Source: Wigglesworthia glossinidia endosymbiont of Glossina brevipalpis (GTDB taxonomy: Bacteria; Pseudomonadota; Gammaproteobacteria; Enterobacterales; Enterobacteriaceae). From it: a DNA stretch of 5,280 nucleotides. Location of the stretch: assembly GCA_000008885.1 (NCBI GenBank), contig AB063523.1, forward strand, positions 1 through 5,280. Direction: 5' to 3'. A program made the translations under genes and the position numbers. The notes under the pieces were generated by a model. It searched no databases. It was not told the DNA's origin and saw only the letters and a program-made list of their open reading frames with translations. Below are positions 1-5,280 of this stretch, piece by piece. Numbering within the stretch: position 1 is the stretch's first letter; every line of letters begins with the position of its first letter.

Positions 1-132
1 TTTTTTTTTTTTTTTTTTAGAAAAATTTGTCTAATTTTCGGTTAAAAGATAAGTTATATTTAGTTAAAACAAGTTAAGCAAAAAAATATGCTTGATGAAG
101 CCTTATTCCAACAGTGTTTTTTTTTGACTAAG

Positions 133-211
133 GTTTTTAAATCACGAGAAAAAGTTTTTAAATCACGAGAAAAAGTTTTTAAATCACGATTCAAAAGTTT
201 TTAAATCACGA
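133..211 (+). repeat. Iteron array: four exact 15-bp direct repeats GTTTTTAAATCACGA at 133-147, 154-168, 175-189 and 197-211 (spacing 21, 21, 22 bp); likely Rep-binding origin
   Basis: Repeats read directly from the sequence. Spacing is about two helical turns, immediately followed by extremely AT-rich DNA and then a plasmid replication initiator gene. Confidence 0.93.
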
Positions 212-392
212 TTGATAGTAAAATTTTTATTAAAAATTTATTTTATTATTACAGTAAATAAATTAGTATCAGAATATTTGAATAATAAATGCATTTTCTT
301 AAAATATATCAATCAAATAAATTTATTAGCTAATAATATAAAAGAAAATTATTTAATTAATTTTTTATTTTGAATTTTTTTTGGGAAAAATA
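212..392. promoter_or_regulatory. AT-rich segment between iterons and repA; candidate DNA-unwinding element and rep promoter region
   Basis: Nearly GC-free DNA flanking iterons and upstream of rep, as in iteron plasmid origins. Contains a 19-bp AT palindrome (221-239). Confidence 0.55.
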
Positions 393-1220
393 ATGAATTT
401 AGAAGAGAAAAAAGTTTTTTTAAAAAAAAACAAAAAAATAAAAGAATTTTTCATTGCAGATGATGTTAAAATTTCAAGTTTTAGAAACGAAATAATGAGC
501 ATGGAACATCCAATTTTTTCTTTAAAAGGTGGAGATACTAGAATAAGAATTTATGAATATGGAAATGTTATAATTAAGATAAAACCAACAGCAGATGGGA
601 TTGCTAATATTTTTGATAAAGATATATGGATATATAGTATATCTAAATTACAAAGCGAAATTAATAAAAATAATAGCAAGATAAGCAAAGCAATATGTTT
701 CACACCTTATGATTTTTTTATTAGCACTAAAAGAAATAAAAGCGGAAGATCTTACGAAGAGCTTAGAAAAGCTTTGTCCAGATTAAAAGGTACTATAATT
801 GAAACAAATATTTTTTACTCAAAAAACAAGAAAAAATCTTTGAGTTTTGGTTTGATAGATAGTTGGAAAATATTAGAAGAAAAAAAAGGAAAACTTAACA
901 TTGGAATGATAGAGATTATTTTACCTGAGTGGTTATATGTAGCTTTAAAAAATAAAAGAATACTTAAAATAAGTGAAGATTACTTCAAAATTAGAAAATC
1001 AATAGATAGAAGAATATACGAAATAGCAAGAAAACATTGTGGTAATCAAAAGTTTTTTAAAATTTCTACTAAAAAATTATATCTAAAAACAGGAAGTACA
1101 TCTTTATTAAAAATGTTTAAACACAATTTAAAAAGATTAGTAAGAAAAAATAATTTACCTGATTACAATATAAGATACAATCTATATAAAGATATAATTA
1201 CATTTAGTAAACGATTTTAG
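393..1220 (+). CDS. repA: Plasmid replication initiator protein (RepA, RPA-like family)
   Basis: Long ORF with motif-level resemblance to RPA-family initiators (e.g. IEIILPEWLYVAL..YFKIRKSIDRRIYEIARKHCG..KLYLKTGSTSLLKMFK). The ORF track starts at TTG 381; ATG 393 (MNLEEKK) is the more likely start. Adjacent to iterons. Confidence 0.9.
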   Translation: MNLEEKKVFLKKNKKIKEFFIADDVKISSFRNEIMSMEHPIFSLKGGDTRIRIYEYGNVIIKIKPTADGIANIFDKDIWIYSISKLQSEINKNNSKISKAICFTPYDFFISTKRNKSGRSYEELRKALSRLKGTIIETNIFYSKNKKKSLSFGLIDSWKILEEKKGKLNIGMIEIILPEWLYVALKNKRILKISEDYFKIRKSIDRRIYEIARKHCGNQKFFKISTKKLYLKTGSTSLLKMFKHNLKRLVRKNNLPDYNIRYNLYKDIITFSKRF

Positions 1221-1360
1221 TATAAAAAATTTATTTATTAAATTTCCTTATTTTTCAAAGAAAATAAAATTTGAAATTTTTAATATGTGATTGATTAATT
1301 TTATATCTAAAAAATCAAATGTAAGCCCCTTAGAAGGGTTGAAATGGATTATTAATATAA

Positions 1361-1885
1361 ATGGTACAATATTTAAAGAAAATCAAACTAAGACCTTTAG
1401 AACGAGATGATTTAACATTTATTCATCAATTAGATAATAATGCTAGCGTAATGAGGTATTGGTTTGAAGAACCTTATGAAGCTTTTGTAGAATTGACAGA
1501 TCTTTATGATAAACATATACATGATCAATCTGAAAGAAGATTTATAATAGAATATAGTTCGTATAAAGTTGGTTTAGTAGAACTTGTAGAAATAAATTAC
1601 ATACACAGACGTGCTGAGTTTCAAATTATTATAGACCCTAATTACCAGGGAAAAGGATATGCTGTTTCTGCTACAAAATTAGCAATAAATTATGCGTTTT
1701 CTATACTAAATTTATATAAACTATATCTTGTAGTAGATGAAAGTAATGAAAAAGCAATTCATATTTATTTAAAATTAGGATTTATAATAGAAGGAAGATT
1801 GATTCATGAATTTTTCAGCAATGGGAAATATAGAGATGTTATAAGAATGTGTGTTTTTCAAAATAATTTTAACAATAAATATTAA
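1361..1885 (+). CDS. speG: Spermidine/spermine N-acetyltransferase, GNAT family
   Basis: Very close to E. coli SpeG along nearly its full length (KLRPLERxDL..[74 protein letters not shown]). Confidence 0.95.
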
Positions 1886-2601
1886 AATACTTCTGATATA
1901 GAGTGTGATATTTGATTTTCTATTTCTTTTTTTGCTTCGTAAAATTCTAAATTAACTTTATTAGCGTAAGAATATATTCTCGTTTTGTAAAAATTTCTTT
2001 TTCCTTCTTTAGATTTGGGATTTATTACATTTTTTATTTTTTCTTTAGAATTTAAATGAAATCTATCAAATTTAGAACATAGTATATTTGTTCTTTGAGA
2101 AATTTGTAAATCTGTTACAACAATAAAATTGTTATTTTCAAAAAATGATTTAGATATTTTTTCTATAAAATTATTTTCTTCCTCATTTTCTTTATTACAT
2201 AAACCAGGTGTATGATGTATATCATCTAAATATTGTTCTAAACAGTGGTGTAATAAATTATCTTTATTTTCTAATTTAATTTGTTCTATTCTTAAAATAT
2301 TTGCTTGTATCCAATAATTGGCTTCTTCTGGATAATAAGTTATTAAATAACCTTTGGATTTTAAAATGCTGGATATTTTTGTTTTTATTCCGTTAATTTC
2401 CCTATTAGAAGTATTTTTTACTTGAATATATACGGTTTTATCTTCGGAAGGGTTCAAATATATAGTTTTATTCATATATGTATTTACTTCAAGATTTCTT
2501 TTTTTTACAAAAGTATTTATAGTTTCACAACCTATAAGAGAAGTACATACAATAAAAACAATTATTAATCTAAATTTATTTAATTCAATAAAGAATTTCA
2601 T
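1882..2601 (-). CDS. traT: TraT-like outer membrane lipoprotein (surface exclusion / complement resistance family), with divergent central region
   Basis: N-terminal half matches TraT (IKKRNLEV.T.M..TI.L.P...RTV..QIKNTS... YWIQANIL) and C-terminal half matches TraT (TDVQI.ERT... KTR..S.ANKVNL.F.EAK...E.Q...SI). Lipoprotein signal peptide with LIGC lipobox (Cys25). Confidence 0.88.
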
Positions 2602-2734
2602 TTTTTATTTAAAAAGTTAAAAATATTATATCAATTAATATTTATTTTCCAGTTTTATTTAGATTTTTATTTTTCAATAAAAACAAAAAATTTACCTTCT
2701 TTAAATAATTAAATTTTAAAATTTTAAATAATTT

Positions 2735-3676
2735 CTATTTTTTAAATACATTTTTATCTGATTTAATTAATTCAGACATACTTATAATAGAACTAAATAA
2801 ATCTCCTGTATTTAATGGTAACATTATCACTTTACTGCTATTAGAAGATCCTAGTTCTTTTATTGCATTTGTATATTTTTTTGCTATGAAATATTTTATA
2901 GAATTCATATTTCCAGATGATATTGCATCTGAAATTATTTTAGTAGAATAAGCTTCTGCTTCTGAATCTCTTTCTTTTGCTTCTGATTTAAGAAATTCTG
3001 ATTGTCTTTCTCCTTCAGCTTTAAGTATTTGAGATTGTTTTTCTCCTTCAGCTTTAAGTATTTGAGATTGTTTTTCTCCTTCAGCTTTAAGTATTGCAGC
3101 TTGTCTTATTCCTTCTGCTTCTAATATATCTGCTCTTTTTGTTCTTTCAGCTTTCATTTGAGCATTCATAGATTCTATTAATTCTGCTGGAGGACGTATA
3201 TCTTTTATTTCCACCCTTGTAATTTTAACACCCCAAGGTTTTGTAGCTTCATCAACTATGTTTAGTAATTGTATATTTATATTATCTCTCTGAGATAACA
3301 TTTCATCTAATTCCATATTTCCTAAAACAGTTCTCATATTAGTCATAGTTAGATTTATTATTGCAATTTCTAAATTGCTTACTCTGTAAGCAGCATTATT
3401 TGCGTTTGTTATTTGAATAAAGCAAATTGCATCTATTGTTACATTAGCATTGTCTTTTGAAATTATTTCTTGTGATGGGATATCTATTACTCTTTCCATC
3501 ATGTTTATTTTATGTCCTATTCTATCAACAAAAGGAATTATAAAATTTATTCCGGGATTTAAAGTCTCTATATATTTTCCAAATCTTTCTATAGTCCAAT
3601 GATATCCTTGAGGAACAATTTTAATGCTAATTAATATACTTAAAATAGTGAATATAATTAATATTGTAGTTATCAT
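2735..3676 (-). CDS. qmcA: SPFH/stomatin-family inner membrane protein, QmcA-like
   Basis: Strong match to E. coli QmcA (YbbK): KIVPQGY.WT.ERFG.Y..TL.PG...[37 protein letters not shown]... [43 protein letters not shown]. Confidence 0.94.
3007..3095. repeat. Tandem repeat, 33-bp period, about 2.7 copies, within qmcA
   Basis: TTCTCCTTCAGCTTTAAGTATTTGAGATTGTTT occurs exactly at 3008-3040 and 3041-3073, with a 22-bp exact partial copy at 3074-3095. It encodes the repeated [11 protein letters not shown] peptide. Confidence 0.95.
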
Positions 3677-3711
3677 TTTAATTTATTGTAATTTTGTTAT
3701 TGTTATTATAT

Positions 3712-4554
3712 TTATTTTTCTTTAGAATATTTTAGATTTACGTCTATTTGTTTATAGGGTATATTAATTTTGTTTTTGTCCAGTTCTATTTTTATTTTTT
3801 CTAAAATGTCTGAAGTTGTTTGTTTTAGTTCTTTTTTGTATACCCATCCTCTAACTAAAAAATCCAAAGAAGATTCGCCTAAGTTTTTCAATCTTACAGT
3901 TATCTTTTTTTCTTTAACTATTCTAGTTTCTTTTTTTAATACATCAATTATTATTTCCTTTACGTTTTTAATATCAGATGTATATTCTGTACTTATTATA
4001 ACTTCCATAAGCCTGTGCAGTTCTTCAGAATAATTAATTATGTTACTTGAAATAATTTTATTATTTGGAATTATTATTATTTTACCATCTTTTGTTTTTA
4101 TTTTTGTACAAAATATTTGCACAGTTTTTATTTTTCCTTTTACACCACATAAATTTACATAATCTCCAGTTCTAAAATATCTTAAAGTTACTAATAAAAC
4201 TCCTGCAGCAAAATTTGACAGAGATCCTTGAAGAGCTAGTCCTATAGCTATTCCGGCAGCACCTATCACTGCTATTATTGATGTAGTTTGTATTCCTATA
4301 CACCCTAAAGAAGTTACTATTGTAAATATTAATATACTATATTTTATAATTGAACAAAAAAATTCAGATATTATTATATCTATATTTTTCTTTATCATAA
4401 AATTTTTTATTATCTTTTGAGTAACCTTTGAAGCAGAGTAACCAACTATTAGGATAATTAAAGATAGTATAATATTTGATATGTATTTTATAAATAGTAT
4501 ATGGTTATCACTTATCCAATTACTTGCATTATCTATCTCTTTATATATATTCAT
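3712..4554 (-). CDS. mscS: Small-conductance mechanosensitive channel MscS
   Basis: Matches E. coli MscS pore helix and beta domain: [38 protein letters not shown].....QIF.T....[17 protein letters not shown] and ...TVRL..LG.SS..F.VR.W. Confidence 0.94.
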   Translation of the reverse strand: MNIYKEIDNASNWISDNHILFIKYISNIILSLIILIVGYSASKVTQKIIKNFMIKKNIDIIISEFFCSIIKYSILIFTIVTSLGCIGIQTTSIIAVIGAAGIAIGLALQGSLSNFAAGVLLVTLRYFRTGDYVNLCGVKGKIKTVQIFCTKIKTKDGKIIIIPNNKIISSNIINYSEELHRLMEVIISTEYTSDIKNVKEIIIDVLKKETRIVKEKKITVRLKNLGESSLDFLVRGWVYKKELKQTTSDILEKIKIELDKNKINIPYKQIDVNLKYSKEK

Positions 4555-4579
4555 TTTTTAAAAAAATTAATTTCTAAAT

Positions 4580-4622
4580 ATTTTAAATAAAACGCTTCGT
4601 TCTGAAGCGTTTTATTTAAAAT
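4580..4622. terminator. Rho-independent, potentially bidirectional terminator: 19-bp perfect stem (4580-4598 / 4604-4622) with 5-nt loop GTTCT, flanked by A/T tracts
   Basis: ATTTTAAATAAAACGCTTC-GTTCT-GAAGCGTTTTATTTAAAAT read directly. The GC-containing core stands out from the AT background and lies just 3' of ibpA and upstream of mscS. Confidence 0.88.
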
Positions 4623-4631
4623 TAATTTTTA

Positions 4632-5102
4632 TTAAATGTTACATTTATGATCATGTTCTTCGTTTATTGATATCTTTTTTGGTTTTTCTTGATCAGGTAA
4701 ATCATAAAAGAAAGATAAATTTAGTATTCCATGTTTTAGATTAGCATATTTTATTTTTATTTTATGTTCTAATTTAAAGCTTATAGAAAAATTGTTTTTT
4801 AATATTCCTTGATGTATCCAATTTATTTTTTTTGTTTCTTTTTCTTTTTCTTTTTTGCTTTTGGAATTTATATTTAATCTATTATTTATTATTGAAACCT
4901 CTAGTTCTTCTTTTTTATACCCTGGAACGCTTACAGAAAGCTCGTAGTTGTATTTATCTAATTGTATAAGGTTATAATTAGGGTTTTCTGATAAAGGTTG
5001 CTCTCCTGTTATTCTGCTAAATAAATTATCCATTTTGTTAAATCTGTTTGAAATTAAGTTTTCATTTAGATTTGGAATAATTGAAAATGATCTGTAAGTC
5101 AT
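4632..5102 (-). CDS. ibpA: Small heat-shock protein, IbpA/IbpB (Hsp20/alpha-crystallin) family
   Basis: Alpha-crystallin domain features: YNLIQLDKYNYELSVSVPGYKKEELEV...NRLNI...; HQGILKNNFSISFKLE...; ANLKHGILNLSF; EKPKKISIN (C-terminal IxI motif). ATG at 5102 (MTYRSFS) preferred over the track start 5132 because AAGGA (complement of 5110-5114) lies 7 nt upstream. Confidence 0.9.
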   Translation of the reverse strand: MTYRSFSIIPNLNENLISNRFNKMDNLFSRITGEQPLSENPNYNLIQLDKYNYELSVSVPGYKKEELEVSIINNRLNINSKSKKEKEKETKKINWIHQGILKNNFSISFKLEHKIKIKYANLKHGILNLSFFYDLPDQEKPKKISINEEHDHKCNI

Positions 5103-5109
5103 ATTTTTT

Positions 5110-5114
5110 TCCTT
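5110..5114 (-). promoter_or_regulatory. Shine-Dalgarno AAGGA for ibpA
   Basis: Minus-strand AAGGA followed by 7 nt and then ATG (5102..5100). Confidence 0.75.
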
Positions 5115-5141
5115 AAAATATAAAAATATCAAGTCACTTTA

Positions 5142-5169
5142 AAATTTGGTTTTAAAAAAATTTTTCAAG
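5142..5169 (-). promoter_or_regulatory. Candidate sigma-32 heat-shock promoter for ibpA
   Basis: Minus strand: CTTGAA (5169..5164), 14-nt spacer, CCAAATTT (5149..5142), versus consensus CTTGAA N13-15 CCCCATNT. Located upstream of a heat-shock gene. Confidence 0.55.
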
Positions 5170-5280
5170 TCTAATTTTAAATCAAAAAAAATAAATTATT
5201 TTTAATTTAAATTATTTCATTGAAAATAAATTTATATGATTTTTATGAGTTATATTCATTAAAAATTTATATTTCTTTGA

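Noticed and set aside
76-93. AAGCA / TGCTT inverted repeat with 8-nt loop
   Set aside because: Only a 5-bp stem; insufficient to claim a structural element.
103-111. TTATTCCAA as a DnaA box
   Set aside because: Two mismatches from TTATNCACA within the core; too weak to call without conservation.
133-211. CRISPR-like array
   Set aside because: The repeats are 15 bp with 6-7 bp A-rich spacers, far too short for CRISPR spacers, and they sit beside a rep gene; iterons explain them.
278-305. Possible sigma-70 promoter for repA (TTGAAT, 16-bp spacer, TAAAAT)
   Set aside because: Fits loosely, but such matches are expected frequently in DNA this AT-rich; transcript data are needed.
381-392. TTG start for repA given by the ORF track
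   Set aside because: Adds only MGKI before an in-frame ATG at 393; the ATG start is more plausible, though not proven.
2602-2734. AT-only palindromic stretches between qmcA and traT as a terminator
   Set aside because: No GC-containing stem; complementarity of A/T runs is expected by chance in this background.
3770-4033. 87-aa plus-strand ORF
   Set aside because: Lies fully antisense inside the convincingly identified mscS gene; its Ser/Phe/Leu/Ile-rich low-complexity translation looks like a by-product of the AT-rich antisense frame.
5103-5132. Upstream start (MIFLYFKEKN) for ibpA
   Set aside because: Would overlap the good Shine-Dalgarno AAGGA and the expected leader; ATG at 5102 fits better.

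Overview
Very AT-rich 5.28 kb window. It reads as a complete small plasmid of an enterobacterial-type insect endosymbiont. No ORF is cut by either end, and gene content and size match my recollection of the Wigglesworthia glossinidia plasmid; that species assignment is inference, not computed. Supported features are: an iteron-type origin (four copies of GTTTTTAAATCACGA at 21-22 bp spacing); a RepA/RPA-family replication initiator; a SpeG-like spermidine acetyltransferase; a TraT-like lipoprotein with an altered middle; a QmcA-like SPFH protein containing an in-frame 33-bp tandem duplication; an MscS mechanosensitive channel; and an IbpA-type small heat-shock protein with a plausible sigma-32 promoter and a strong downstream hairpin. 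I see no partition, mobilization, toxin-antitoxin, CRISPR or recognisable defence genes. The interest lies in chromosome-like envelope and stress cargo on a minimal symbiont plasmid, and in specific sequence oddities (TraT core loss, QmcA repeat expansion, origin architecture, ibpA leader), not in a clearly new multi-gene system.
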